The notes under the pieces are model-generated. The model searched no databases and had not been told where the DNA came from. It saw only the letters and a program-made list of their open reading frames with translations. From Takakia lepidozioides (taxonomy: Eukaryota; Plantae; Bryophyta), in contig CM060734.1 of NCBI GenBank assembly GCA_030704615.1, positions 30,256,001 through 30,320,000 on the forward strand: DNA of 64,000 nt, written 5' to 3'. How positions within the stretch are numbered: position 1 is the stretch's first letter; each line of letters opens with the position of its first letter. Both the position numbers and the translations under genes were made by a program. Positions 12,059 through 25,336 of the stretch are shown piece after piece.

Positions 12059-15000
12059 CTAGGCTGCAGAACCCCGATGAACTCCAACCTTTGAAAAAGG
12101 AGCCACGTGAGCCCCCGCAACCCAGGAAATGGAATCACTGCTCTGATCGACCAGTACTGACACAGTGCCAGAGATCCGTGTGTCTGTCTCCACGAGCACA
12201 ATGTTATTCTTCACACTTCTCAAGACGTGTTTGGGGAAGGACGACCCTGAGACGTAGACCGAGTAGAGTGTATTTTGAATAAAATCAGGAAACAAAAGCC
12301 TCTCTGAAAGGTCAACCTTCCATTGCCAGGTCCGAGTACTGGCAAGAGTAGCACGAGCCACAGTTGATTTAAGAGTCATCCCATATGCAGTATTTTGGTC
12401 CACCACTGTATCATACACTGCTGTAAAATACCCCAATGTTTGATCAAGCTCCACAATGGCCGTGCCTCTTGAGGTTCCAGCAAACATGTTATTGAGGATA
12501 TTCAGGTAGTAAATGGCATGAGTTTTGGAAGTTGATCGTAGAAGTATGTTGGCATCTCCAAGAAAGAAATTGTGCGATATGTCCAGCTGCAAAGGATCCT
12601 CAGCAATTATCCCCGTGTAGTCCAAGTAGCACCCAATTATACGGGTCTGAGTATTCCCTGGCAACTGAAGATAAATACCCACACCCCCCAAATCTGTGGC
12701 CTTGTTATATGCATGGACCCCGGTTATGAGGTTGGCCTGGCCACTCACCGATATCCCATAAGCTGCTGAGAAAATCACAACATCTGACACCATGTTGTCA
12801 TTGCTCATGAGATTTATTGCAATGCCTGAGAAATCCCTCTCATATGGGTCTCCACCAGCCGTAATGTATTGCCCAAAAAAGGAATCGCGAATATAAACCT
12901 CATGGCCCCCTTCTACTAGAACACCATCGGTCCAAAAATGGGTTACATAAACATTCTCCACAGTGATCCGCAGACAGTCCACTAAAAGAATGCCCCCACC
13001 TCTGAAGCTGGCATCAAGTAGTAAGTCCCTGATGGTGATGTCCTCAAATGCAACGTAGTCATTAGAAGCATCCAGTGTTTGACCACGACGTTGGCGAAGT
13101 GAAGCTTTTGTTCTATTTGCTCTCAGACTTGCAGAGTATGCAGACCACAATTCAATAATATAGCCATCGTCTGGAAAATTACTTGTTGCCCGGATTGTGC
13201 CACCATGAATCTGGAAAAGCCAAAGATGAGTTTCACAGTCACAGGTGTGTCAGATATACTAGGGGCTGACTGCCTTTCAAAGGGTATCACTCAGGAGACC
13301 TTAGCTATGACCTGAAAGGTGCAATGGACACACCAATTTGGGATGGTCAAAATATGCATCACAGTATGTCTCTCTCTCTGTCTCTGTCTCTCCCTCTCAA
13401 ATCCGCACATTTCTTTGGTGCAACCATCCACACAGCCACATCCGTCACTTCAGTTTCCCTCTAAAAGATCATGCAGCAATGCTGGAATCAATCTCATACT
13501 CCCTGGTATGAAGTCAATGCCAGCACCTACGTCAACTGACACTCTGCAAGTCCTATGATGAATAGTCTCATATACCCTGGTAGGTGAAAACTCCACTAGT
13601 GACTGCTGGATGGTTTGTCTCCCCTGGGGAAAGGTTGTGTCCTGGCCAACATTTGCAGGGAAACTGTCGATGAATACATCTAGAGTTCCCACAATGTTCT
13701 CAGAAACAATTGGAAGGTCAGAAACACTATTGTTCACATGCCACTGAAGCCTTTCTCCATGCTAGTGGTCCACAGGTCCCCATTCACTTCACTCCCTTTC
13801 CCAACCTTTTGAACTCCATGCTAAACAGGACAAGGGTCCATGGATACGCATAATGAGTACTTCTCTCCCCAGAACACTACAGCAATTGGAATCATTATTA
13901 CATTTCTCTCCCTCTCCCCTCATCCTCTCCATGGTGGCTAGATCAAGATCTCTAGACTCAGTTGATTTGGAGAATGGCCAAAGGATCGTAGTTCTCACAG
14001 TGGATGCTTGGGACTGTCATGTCCAGTATGAGCCTATGTCCACTGGCGAAAAGTTCCAGAGCTGTCCTAGTCATGACAGAAATGAAATGGAATGTACTCA
14101 TAAGATGTTGTTTGCCGTAGCCTTGTGGCCATTGACCCCACACCCATTTCGAGGGGAACATAAATGAAATAGAGAAAGAGCCTAGGGCCTGGTCAAAGCT
14201 CTAAATCCCATGGCTTTTCATCAATAGACCCCAAGGCAGCATAAGAGAGAGACTGCCTAAAATATGGTAGGGAAGAAGGATGAGAGTCAATACCAGAAGG
14301 TTACCCCCTCCATTGGTGGGGAATTGAAGAGGGTAGCTAATAAGGTAGTCACCACCTTCTAAGTGAATCTCCACCCCTCCAAGATCTGCCACGCCGGGGA
14401 GGAGCTCAGCACCTGTCTGCATACTAAATGCCTGGTTTATAGTTTTCTGGATCGCATCAGTGCTGTCATATGTGCCAGTGGGGTCTGCATAGTTATCTGT
14501 TACATAGAGCACCCGGGAATTCGAATATGACTTCAATGCCTGCAAGAGATGGCCCACATTATCGACAACTGATAACAACTTGAGAAAAGGACCACATGGA
14601 ATAAATGAGAGAGTACAGCCTGATTGGAAAAAAACTCTTCAATTTTGAGGGGTCTCGACTGTACGATATTACACCTTATGGACAACTCTGGCTGCAAACA
14701 TCCAGTTTATCTTTCCCCTGAATGTCAGAATGAAGTATCTGACAAAGCCAAACGTACAGAAATAATTTGAACATCCCAGAAATACGAAACAACCCTGGAC
14801 AGGCCTCCCAAAGAGCTCTCTTTCATGTGTACCCGCGCAAGAGGGGACAGTCATTGATCACATAAATCTGACAAAATTACTGTTCTGCTTTGTAACTGCT
14901 GCCCTCTTTTGCCTGCTTAGATTGGACTTTGATCAACTTGCAGCTTTGTAACAATCTTATGTGCAGAAGGAAAACTGATCAAAAGGGGAGCACAAATGGC

Positions 15001-15449
15001 TACTTGAATGATTGATCGATGAAACCACATCCTGCTTGGTGAAGTCTTCCCAGACAAGTTTAGATGACACCTTTGATCTACCCTGCAGCCAAGGATACCG
15101 TGCAACTTCCACTTTAAGGTGGACAACAAAAATCAGATTATGTTCTCCATGATTTTTCACCCCGCTGTCCGCAACATGACAAGTAGGCGAATGAGATTAC
15201 CTGTCTCCGAAGACGGCTGTCCTCAGCAGCATGGGACTTGATCTCCTCCCATAGAGAAGATTGCAGAGCATGTGCCCTTTCTCGACTTGGATGCAAGTGC
15301 TCCCCATAGTGAGCAGACAAGCGGGGAGAGCTTGTTGTTGGAGCTTGTGACTTGAAAACTTCTGAGATTCGGAAACTGTCTACAGAGGACACTGACAATA
15401 GACTGCAAAATGCTGCCAGCATCATCCTCATAAAGACAGAAATTCCCAT
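12059..15449 (-). CDS. QRT3-like: QRT3-like polygalacturonase (pectin lyase-like beta-helix), secreted; exons 15449-15201, 14539-14294, 13210-12059
   Basis: Signal-peptide-like start, VTDNYADPTG..DSTDAI, LEGGDYLIS.PL, IHGGTIRAT, GGHEVYIRDSFFGQ, NLITGVHAYNKAT and CYLDYTGIIAEDP; GT-AG junctions in frame. Confidence 0.88.
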
Positions 15450-18001
15450 CGTTTCAACCTGCAACAGTACATGTGGAATGATTGAGGATACAATTCAAAC
15501 CATCTATCTAAATTAACTGAGATTTGACCTGGACAAGAAAGGGTGGCCCAGACAGGATAGGTTCAAAGTGTGGAAAGCAGACTGATGTATATTCTGTACC
15601 GCTTTCACTAGCATAACCTAGAAAAGCTTCAACCAGGTATTGGTGGCTGGTAGTACACAATCCTTTTCTTATGCAATTCTTCTTCGGTGGGAATGTGTCT
15701 GTGGCTCAAGTACTCGATAGCAAGGTGGTTGATGATTGACGTAGGTTGCAGAATTGTAACAAAAGGAGGTCAGCAAGCATTTATAGCCTCCTTCAGTGCA
15801 CCTTGAATACTCCATTGCAGAGCTGTCATGTTATCACCCGCGCTCACCGAGAGAACTTGTCAACTTCGGAATACATCAATACATAGAAGCATGGCAACAT
15901 AAATGATCACAAACCTATGGAACCTGGATTTGCATGATTTGCATCCTTTCAAGCTCTAGTTACCGATCATCGAAAGTCTGTCCGACATATTTAAATTATG
16001 TCCCTTACTGTCCCACTGTCCAGCAATGTGAATGTGCGATGATTGCATCTACATTAACACTGGCACACACTCCAATGAACAACGCTGAAGATGGAAGAAT
16101 AGTGCTGAGTGTCCCCAAGTAGCCAGCATTCAGCCAGATATCCTAACCTGGTACCAAGCACCGTTCTAGTGGCGTACTTGTGGCAAACTTCTCTGAAGGC
16201 AGTGACATCCTATGCATGTGATAACCATTTTTAGAACATGGCGAAGAGATGGTGGATATACGCCACCATAGTAGAGACAACAATCGAGCTAGCCAGCTTA
16301 CATAATCTCCCTCCCATTTGTCTCAAAATCACAGACTTGTTACAGCTCAGACACAGACCACGACATTATCGACGATCGACGACAAACATATTGCAAACAA
16401 AGCTGAGATTCATCCGAGAACGAGTTGGAGGAAATTAGCATAGCCATAGTTCCGACTGTCCTGCAATATCTAGAAACACGTGATGTGGCCGACATTCCGA
16501 ACCTAGAAACGGACAAAGAAGAAGAACATACCCTTGCCAACGCGCGCCCCCACTCCTGCAAACCAGATGAGACAATACTCAACAATCCCTGACGGAGCAA
16601 AACACAAGTGCGTGTGGCGAAACACCTGACGAATTTGCTGACTCAGTCAGTGAAGCATCCGCATTGCACAGCTAGATCCTACCTCCTAATACCTCGAAAT
16701 ACCTGGTTCCATTTGTAAACCTGTGAGAGATTGTAGCTGTGGACGCAACACGATACTAAGGAAGACTTTGAATGCCACGTAAGGGCGCGGCGACGATGGC
16801 AGTGTGACAGCCCCGACCATCCAGGAAAACATCATTCATCCGCTGTGCATGCCGCGTTCAAATTGCACAACGCTGACTCACTTGTGGCGTAATTGCAGCC
16901 AAGACTCCACTCGATTCTTTTAGCGTTACTCCTACTCGTTGTGCTTGGAGTACAACAAGAGCAACCCTCTGAACGGACGACAAGCAGCCAGTCTGCGGTG
17001 CAACAGATTTGGTGCTGCTAGCCTCATCACTGATAACATATCCATCCAGGATCGATCTTGATCACACATGGAATTACAGCGGAACCATATCGTTACAGTT
17101 CTCGTGTAACTACTTTACAAACTAACAAGTAGAGTGAAGGAAGATCAACATCGGCAAGTATAACACAAAGTTCAATGATAACACGAAGAAAGAAAAACTG
17201 AAACTAGCTGTGCTGGTATTGATAGATTCGATTTTGCATTCATATCTTGGAGCTTCACTGGGAAGACAGAGAACAGAATCGCTAGGCCTCCATATCCACT
17301 GTAGCAGTTTGTCCTTGAAAGCGGGCTTCCATTAGTAAAAGAGGCTTAGGTGTGGCAGAAGGGTTGGTGGGTGACATAACCGCCAACGACATATCGTCTA
17401 CTTGGCGGAATACTTGGGATCCACACAAATCAAGCAAAAACAGGGAGGCAACATTCCGCGTTTCAGCAAACAAACCCAATGATCAATCACCTCGAAATCC
17501 CCCATGAGCATCTAAATAACAACATTACAATCTATGGTGAGATCGAGACATTCTCCAAAGTCGAGCTGAAAATTCCTTATACGGAAATAGTGATCGAAAT
17601 AGACTTCTGTGGATCCGTTTACCATTGATATGATACAAGTATGCTATCGGATGATAGCGTCTACCTTGCCTGACAAAGGTCCTCAGGATAAGTGTTCACA
17701 TCGTATAGCGTGAATGATCTAGAAATAATCACTTTGCTAACTACATAGTACAATCTCAATTTATACACGCATGTACAGCGCGAGGTACGCCAGTGAGGCT
17801 GCCTGACTTGAGGATGCTCTCAAAATTCCATTGGTGAATGCCTGATCAGCCCATCAAACATGTAGTGTCAACAATCTAATCGATGCGTATAAGCATAAGG
17901 CTGATCGGCGGATCGGCTTTATTTTCCTGGAGTCAGGTTTGAGAGATCATGCCAAAAACGTAGTGTAATACCCTTGATTGGCAGTCGCCCAGTTCAGTGA
18001 A

Positions 18002-19174
18002 TTATGAAGGCCCACTGAGGCTGGCCATCAAGTGCTTGAACTCTGCGAAGTCGACTTGACCGTCGCCATTCTTGTCCACACCCGATATCATCTTTTCGCA
18101 ATCTATCAGCTTTGTGTTCGTGGAAATCCTTAGGTTGCGGAGAACCGATTGCAATTCGATCGCAGAGATAAAACCGTCCGCATTCTTGTCGAAGACTAGG
18201 AAAGCGTCCCGCAGGTCAGCCTCGTCTGTTTTATCAGGTTTCCCTTGAGATTCTTCTCCCTTAAGCCCCGCCTCTCCAAATTCCCCACTCGACATGGAAT
18301 CATGAAGCTCAAGAAATTCGTCGAAGTCCACACAGCCGTCCCCGTTCTTGTCTGCAGAGTTCATCATGCAAGTCAGCTCTTCCTCCGAGACTTCAGAACC
18401 TAACTTCTTCATGAAATTACCCAACTCGACTTTGCATATCTGGCCATCACCATTGTCATCGTATGTGTCAAAAACTCTCTTCATTTCGAGCACCTCAGGT
18501 GTATACGTTCTGGATCTTGTGCTGAAAAGACTTTCAGTTCTCTCAAGGCTTGCATCTGATATTGACCTGCACCCAGAATCCGGCTGAGCTGTCAGAAAGA
18601 TAGACAGACGACATTCAAGTCCCATCACAAGCGTGTCAAAGAACTTCCAAGGTGCAAAAACTTTCGTATTGTGCATTACACTTATACAGGAAGAACTCTA
18701 GATAACAAGAATTTCTACACAGGTTGGGATGTGGAAGAGGGCCTATCATGTTGACAAAGAACAACCGCCTGCAACCCAGAATTCATACATATCAGACTAG
18801 ATCTTTCAAGCTCTTCTCTGAAATGTCAAACTAGCATACCGTCTGTCCGATACAGTGCTAGAAGAGCTGCATCCGGTAAAACTTCTGCACAGGCTCGCGC
18901 TATCTGAGTCCGAAGTGGGCGTCCAGCTCTGATCACTATCCCTGCCATCACTAATCTCAAAGGCGTCCACAGTCTCCACTCCTCGCGATGATCCCCGAGA
19001 CAAATGTCCGGGCGCTGGAGCTTTCTCATGGAGACCCAATCCCGCCTTTCCTGTTACTACATTTCGGTAATGCCAAGTATCTTCAATGAAATCTCTCATC
19101 ACAGAATCACCTGCTGGAACTGCCACCTCCATATTGTAACTGCTTTTCTTAGACCTCCGTTGAAGCAGGTCCAT
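18002..19174 (-). CDS. CML: Calmodulin-like protein with four EF-hands and a Ser-rich N-terminal extension; exons 19174-18840 and 18566-18002
   Basis: EF-hand loops DDNGDGQICKVE, DKNGDGCVDFDE, DKNADGFISAIE and DKNGDGQVDFAE. The phase-2 donor CG|GTATGC and acceptor TGCAG|G join the upstream ORF in frame; the first exon is less certain. Confidence 0.85.
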
Positions 19175-20854
19175 ACTCCTAGACTCTTCCCTTATCTCAA
19201 AGAATGAAGGAGACAGATCTGTAAGAAACCTCCTACCGACAACAGTTACGGAAGGAAAAATTACACGCTAGAGCATGAGTGGAAAGGAAATCAAAACAAT
19301 CCCGGAAGCGATAGAGCCCGGATCAGCAAAGCAGGTGAATATAGCCCCGCCGGCTTCAGACAAAGAGGAAAGGTCCGTGCTTGCAAGGGCGTGCTGGACA
19401 GGGCGCATGCGAGGCAAGATGAAGAGCAGGCACAGCGACAGTTGCTATAAGCGCCAAGGGAGCGCGTTCTTATCTGCGGACGCGCTTTCGCTTTCGCGGC
19501 TATATTGAGTGCTGCCCTTGTAACGTCCCGCGGACGTTTCTCTCTCCAACGCGGTGCGCCCTGCCGCCGTCAGTTCGCGCAGGATTTCCGGCAACCTTCT
19601 CCGCGGTCACCTTTTGCATCCGGACTCCGCGCGGTTCCCGCCCGGGACCGCGCAGCTGCGGGTGCGACAAACTGCCCGTACGTGGTGGACCCCAAAATTT
19701 AATCCCATCTAATAATTTCCAAAACCCTATTAAATATAGCAGTATCTGGTTTCACAGTTTTCGTTCACTGTCATTCTATATTTTATCATTCATTCATTAC
19801 TGAAAGCAGTTAGTGTAATTATACACGTGTGTCGGGGTAGGTAGGATGAAAGTGGAGACGGATGGTACCTGAGGGTACATTCATTCATAAGTACAACGCG
19901 CAATCTGACGACAGCAGCGCCGTCTGCCGGCGCCGGCGTTATTCCCGGTACCCGCCGCCGGGCACTACCGGCGAATTTGAAATATTTGTACATATATATG
20001 TATATGTGTAATATTTAATATACACAATTTTGGAATATTAGGATGGTCGTTCCTCCGGGTGACCCGGCCCGGGACCTGGGAATCCCCGGAGTCGGGGAGA
20101 GAGAGGGGTGTGCAGACCGGTGAGGTTTTGGAGCGTGGTGATATAACTCTCTCACCTCCTTCCAACCTACCTCATCTCAAGCTTCGAAGTGTACGTGATG
20201 ACTGCAAAAGCTGGAGGCTGCGATCAATTCGGTTGTGCAAAGGCGTGGGAAATTTCGACAAGCATCGTCTGGAAGCTGGGATCCACCACTGGTACTAGTC
20301 GATGTGGAAGGGTGGTGATACAGTCGGATGGAAGCGTCCATGAACAAATTTAGAATACAGTGAATTGGACCGCGGCACCCCGTGCCAGGTTTGATCGTAA
20401 GTAGTCAAAAACGTTTTCGAAAATGCAGGTAGGTCGTTGATCATATGACCGGGAAAGCTCAGATATATTGACGTCTTCGGGAAGGCTTTCGGGGTAGGGA
20501 GGTGTATCGGTGATCTGAGGATGAAACCCACAGGACGGCGAGACCGGGGGACCATACGCCGGTCTGCTATTCAGGGGCCCCCTACGGCCCAACCAGAGCT
20601 GCAGGTTGCGGTGGAGGCAAAGATAACTAATCCGTTCCTGCGAGCATGGGCATGGAAAAGAGAACACGGGTGCTTCCCCCCTCTCTTTCTCTTGAAGACT
20701 TGATGTTGTCGGGTGCCAGTGTGACAGGAGGGAGCATCTGCTCACATTGTTCATATTTACTAGAGTTACGAATATCGATCCGGCCTGGTGAATTGTTGAG
20801 CTTCCATTGAATTAATGTTCCACCACCCTGCATTGCCTGAAGTCGTGAGTGGTG

Positions 20855-22277
20855 ATGAGCCAGGCCAGACAGAGACCGTTTTGAGAAGCCATATCTTCAC
20901 AACATTACAGTGGGCAGAGGAATTCACACTTTAGTAATCCATCAAGCTCCCTTTTCTACAGTGGGTTTTGCTTCAACAGGTAGGTGACTATCACTTTCTG
21001 TACGTGTTCACCAAATCGGATTTCTTGGCTTTTGCCAAGCTAATGACTATGTGTTCAACTTTCAAGTCACATGTTGTTGTGATTACTAATTCGGTGGAGT
21101 GGACTAGATCAGGGCAGGACCGGCCCTGTTCCAATAAGAAAAAAGTTTTTCTTTCCTTCAACCTTGCAGTTTTCTTCCTCTCTTGGCTTTTAGTCCTGCA
21201 TCATCAACTCGTTCTCTCATCAAAGGCCATTCTCTGATTGTGGTAAACGTTTCTGTTACCATCAAAGTGGATCTACTTGCTTTGCAGTGTGGGATAGTGT
21301 AATTGTTTTGGCAAAGTACTTGGAGCGGTGGCCAGAAAAAGTTTCTGGAAAGCGTTGCATTGAACTAGGAGCTGGCTGCGGTCTGGCAGGTAAAAATGTT
21401 ACCAACTTGTTGTGAATATCGAGGGAAGAATCTAGCCCTTGCCCATTGGTGATGTACACAATGGCAGAGCTCCCTCTGGAAACTGACCCTCTCAGAGCCC
21501 AGTATGAAACACAATTAAGAAGCACCTCCAAGGAATTAAGGGAAGAACGTAATCCTCTGGGTAACACAGATAGGCCTGATTGTACCAACAGGCAAAACGT
21601 TGCCTCAGAGAGACAGCATTCACATGGACGCTAGCTTAAAAGTTCAGAGAGTTCATTGAAAACGGCAGTTGGAGGTAGTGATACACAGGGTTTGTAACCT
21701 GTGAAAACCTCAATCTAGATTGACGTACAGACAGTTCGACTCAACAACGCTACCATGTTTGAGAGCAATGGAGAGTAAGAAAAGTGAAGGGAGATTCAGT
21801 GGTTGCAGTAGTCATTGAGATTGTGTCAGCTTTCAGGTTCACTCCCTTTTTGCAGGTGTTACAGCAGCCTACCTGGGTGCAACTGTGGTAGCCCTCACAG
21901 ATTTTCCTGAGAATCTACCTTTGCTCCAACGCAACTGTACCGCTAATGGAATTACGGAGGTGGCATCCACCTTTCCCTTGGTCTGGGGCACCAGGATCTC
22001 TTTCACAAAGTCTGCCTTTGATGTTATTCTAGCCACGGACATTATGTACTACCCTGATGCAGTCAACCCATTGTTAGCTACCTTAAGAGCTCTATCAGGG
22101 AGGGACACAACAATATTTTTTGCTTATGGGAGGAACCGACAGGCAGAGGAAACTTTCATGAAAGCTGTGGAGGGGTCTGCATTTGTTATAAAACAGATCT
22201 CAGAGGGGGAACTTGATGACGTATACCAGTGTGTGGACGTCGACGTCTATGAGCTGCGATTGAAGAAAATCCAGTAG
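20855..22277 (+). CDS. Class I SAM-dependent protein lysine methyltransferase (METTL21/23-like); exons ~20855-20979, 21288-21389, 21856-22277
   Basis: Spliced product reads GFASTVWDSVIVLAKYL..GKRCIELGAGCGLAG..VALTD..LVWG..FDVILATDIMY. 5' end uncertain: ATG 20855 is in frame only if the T4 run at 20879-20882 is really T3. Confidence 0.8.
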
Positions 22278-23250
22278 TCTAAAACTAGGACATATTATGT
22301 GGACATACTTTGCTGTAGGTACCGAGATTTCTGAAGTGGCTCATAAAGCCTTTCAAGTCAAAAGGGCAATGGTTTCCATCCAGAGAAAAGATGACCAACT
22401 TGGTTTATGTATTTCCCAAGTTGCATCACTTGGGTTGGTGGATGAGCCACAAGTTGTAGCGAGGGCTACAGAAAGAGGTAATGTGGTCAATCACAGTCAG
22501 GCTCGCATGTGAGAAGCAGATTTATGGCATTGGCAAGAGGCTGAAAGGGACCAATCAACCCTGCCACTACAACAGGCAGTGAATCACTTATCTCTCTTAA
22601 GAAGGAACTTGTGGGACCAAATTGTTTTCAAAATGCTTTTTGTACAGATGCATAATCTCTCCCCTGTAAGGTAGAGCCAACAAAGTACCACAGAAAACTT
22701 AACAGAGCTACCAGACAGCGGGCTGGATTGGAACTGAATGTGAAATGGGGAGACTGAGATGGGTGATGGGAGGGGGAACTATGGTCACTACAATAGAGAA
22801 GGCCTGGTGGACCTAACCTGTAGTAATGTCCTAGACATCACGCAACTCTAGCAGCAACTGAATGCAACTATTCACACCAGCATTGAGACCCAAGGAGCTA
22901 TTCAGTTTTCAGTTGTCCTAAGTTTGTAGACAGAAAAAGAGAGGGAAGGCTTTTGCAGAAGACCTTGCCTTTAGTTTTGGCCCCCCCAGTGTTGGCTGTT
23001 GGCGTCCGTAGACCTTAAATCATGGGTTGGAGGTGGGAACATTTTATCATTATTGGGCAAGGGGTGGCCACAGGCATGGAGAAAATAACCACGCAAGGCC
23101 ACAAAAGGTAGGCCTCTGCCCCCCTTTTTTGTTTTTGTTGTTTTTTTTTTTTCAGTATCAGGATGGATGAACTTTGCTATTCGTTATCGTTCTTCGGGGT
23201 ATCCGTCACGTTCGGGCCTTATGGAGGCTATGTGTCTAAAAGGGTTTTAA

Positions 23251-24026
23251 CCCTTAAAGGACGAGCTAACTTTTGGTGGGCCCACTAAAAAGTGTATATA
23301 CACTTATGGATGGGGGTGTAACTTCTTACCCCCAATCATCCAGGAGGATGAACCTTACACTTATGTGTATATCTACTATGTACACGTCCTGTAAAAAATG
23401 TAGGCAAATTGACCATCGCATTTGGGAGATTATAACAAAATAATATGCCCTAATTTGTAAATGTATTCAAAAATTGCATGCAAAAAATGGTTTGACCATA
23501 AAATTACAGTGTCGAGTTGAATCTTCCTAGACAAAGGCCCTCCATAATCTGATTATATGGCACCTAAATCACTGCCTCCCACAAAAATCAGACCAAAATT
23601 CCAAAAATTCAGATAGGCTACTTTGTATGTGAAATCTGGGGGGTCAAATTGTCTTGTTTTGGCTTCTTTCACAATTACACCCATGAGATGATATTTGTTT
23701 TCCAATTCCTCTGGTAAGTAAGTGCCCAGTAACATTTCATAGTGCCCTGTCCAAAAAATTTGGGATTATGATGAATTTTCACTAGATGTTACTTTGAAGA
23801 TTGCCCATTTGGCTACCACGTAGGCAGGTCAATGGTGCTCTAACACTGGATTTTCTGACCCCTTGGCACTTTGAAAATTTCTAGGGAGCAGAGCCTTTAT
23901 GATTTTTTTGGCGCTGTAAATTCCCATCAACAATTTATCTTCAGGGTTCACTTCCATCCACTATCAAACTGGAGCGTGGGAAAAAAACTGACGCTACCCG
24001 ATTCTGGTCGCCTCGTCCTTTAGGGG
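23251..24026. mobile_element. Non-autonomous piggyBac-like DNA transposon (MITE, 776 bp)
   Basis: TTAA (23247-50) | CCCTTAAAGGACGAG ... CTCGTCCTTTAGGGG | TTAA (24027-30): 15-bp TIR with 1 mismatch, CCC/GGG termini, AT-rich non-coding interior. Confidence 0.7.
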
Positions 24027-25336
24027 TTAAATGCTTTCCCTTCAATAATCTCAATAAAATTCCGACCAGGGCCACTGTCCCCTGTTAAAAATAATAATAA
24101 GTTAGAGAGAGATCACAAGCTGGCGTAACTAACAACCAATTTGCCTTGTAGCTATTGCCATTTTTTGGGGGCGTGGCCTTCTAAAGAGCACGGATGCCCT
24201 TATGGAGTATGGTTTTCTAGTTTACGTTTATTGGTGATGATAGCTTTGAGAGAGTGTAGACGGTAAGGTGGATATCTTCAGAGCACTTATGAATAAAGTT
24301 AGTGTAGGGCATCAATACTCTAGTGGATACGAGTGTTGGGCGGGTATGGCAAGTGATAAATGAGGCCCGAGAGTTCAATGCTCCCTCAGTGGGCCTTCCT
24401 GCGTGGCCCCACCCCCGCCCTCCGCCCCGCACCCCCCTTGCGGTGCCGCCACGGCCCGCGGTCGCCACGCCTGCCGCCCCCCAAACCCTCCACCCCCCGC
24501 CCCGGGTCCATCCCTCGCCATAACACTGTCATACAATCTCAGCACTGTCATTATTGTATTGCATTGTATTATAGTACTGTACACATGCATCATGCATACC
24601 CCATGAATGCCTCATCATAGACGCACCGTCCTAGAGCGCAATCATCGCATAGACATTCAGTTTTCCCTGGGACTTTCCCATGGGGTTGACAGGTGCGTGC
24701 ACTCATACGGACGGGGACACTTCGCATGCGAGACGTTTTGCTTCACTCTTCACTATTGACGTCCATTCGTTTTCAGGCACTATTCATGTCGTTTGAACGC
24801 TTCTGTATTCTTCATATCGACCCCGCCCTCAGTCTGTGGAGGAGAATCTGCAGAAACAAGTGGGACGTTCTTTCTATGCAAAGGATTTCACAGGTTGGTG
24901 TCATCCGTAAGTACTTGCTCTCCTGTCCCCCATGTTTCTGCTGCACACCTTTGCCGGGGTTAAACGAAGCAGCTTCCTGAGTGTACGCATTCAGAGATTT
25001 TATTGTTATCCTTTCCTGCTGTCGTTGCTGTTATTGGCCTTCGCTTCAAATTCTCTGGTAATTTGTATGGCATCCCCGGGGTGGCGGGGAGGTTCAAATC
25101 CTTCGTCGTTTTTGCTTTAGGGTTTCACTGTACATACTGTCTTTCTTCTTGCAGCACTGTTGAACACGCCTGTAGTCCATTTTGTTTTCCCTGTCGATTT
25201 GTTGCATCGCTCCTGGATCGTTGCTTCCACATTCCGAGTCCCGTTTACTTTCACGAGCTCGCTTTTACCATTTCTGTTGCCGATACCTGTGGTGAAGGCG
25301 CTCCACTTGGTCGTGCGATATGGTCAAAAAATCGAC

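Noticed and set aside
16200-16620. Coding-like stretch between the QRT3-like and CML genes
   Set aside because: Interrupted by stops with no assignable family.
22565-22800. CACTAC at ~22565 and ~22786 as the missing left CACTA end
   Set aside because: Following bases do not match CACTACAGCAAA, there are no subterminal repeats and no AGG TSD.
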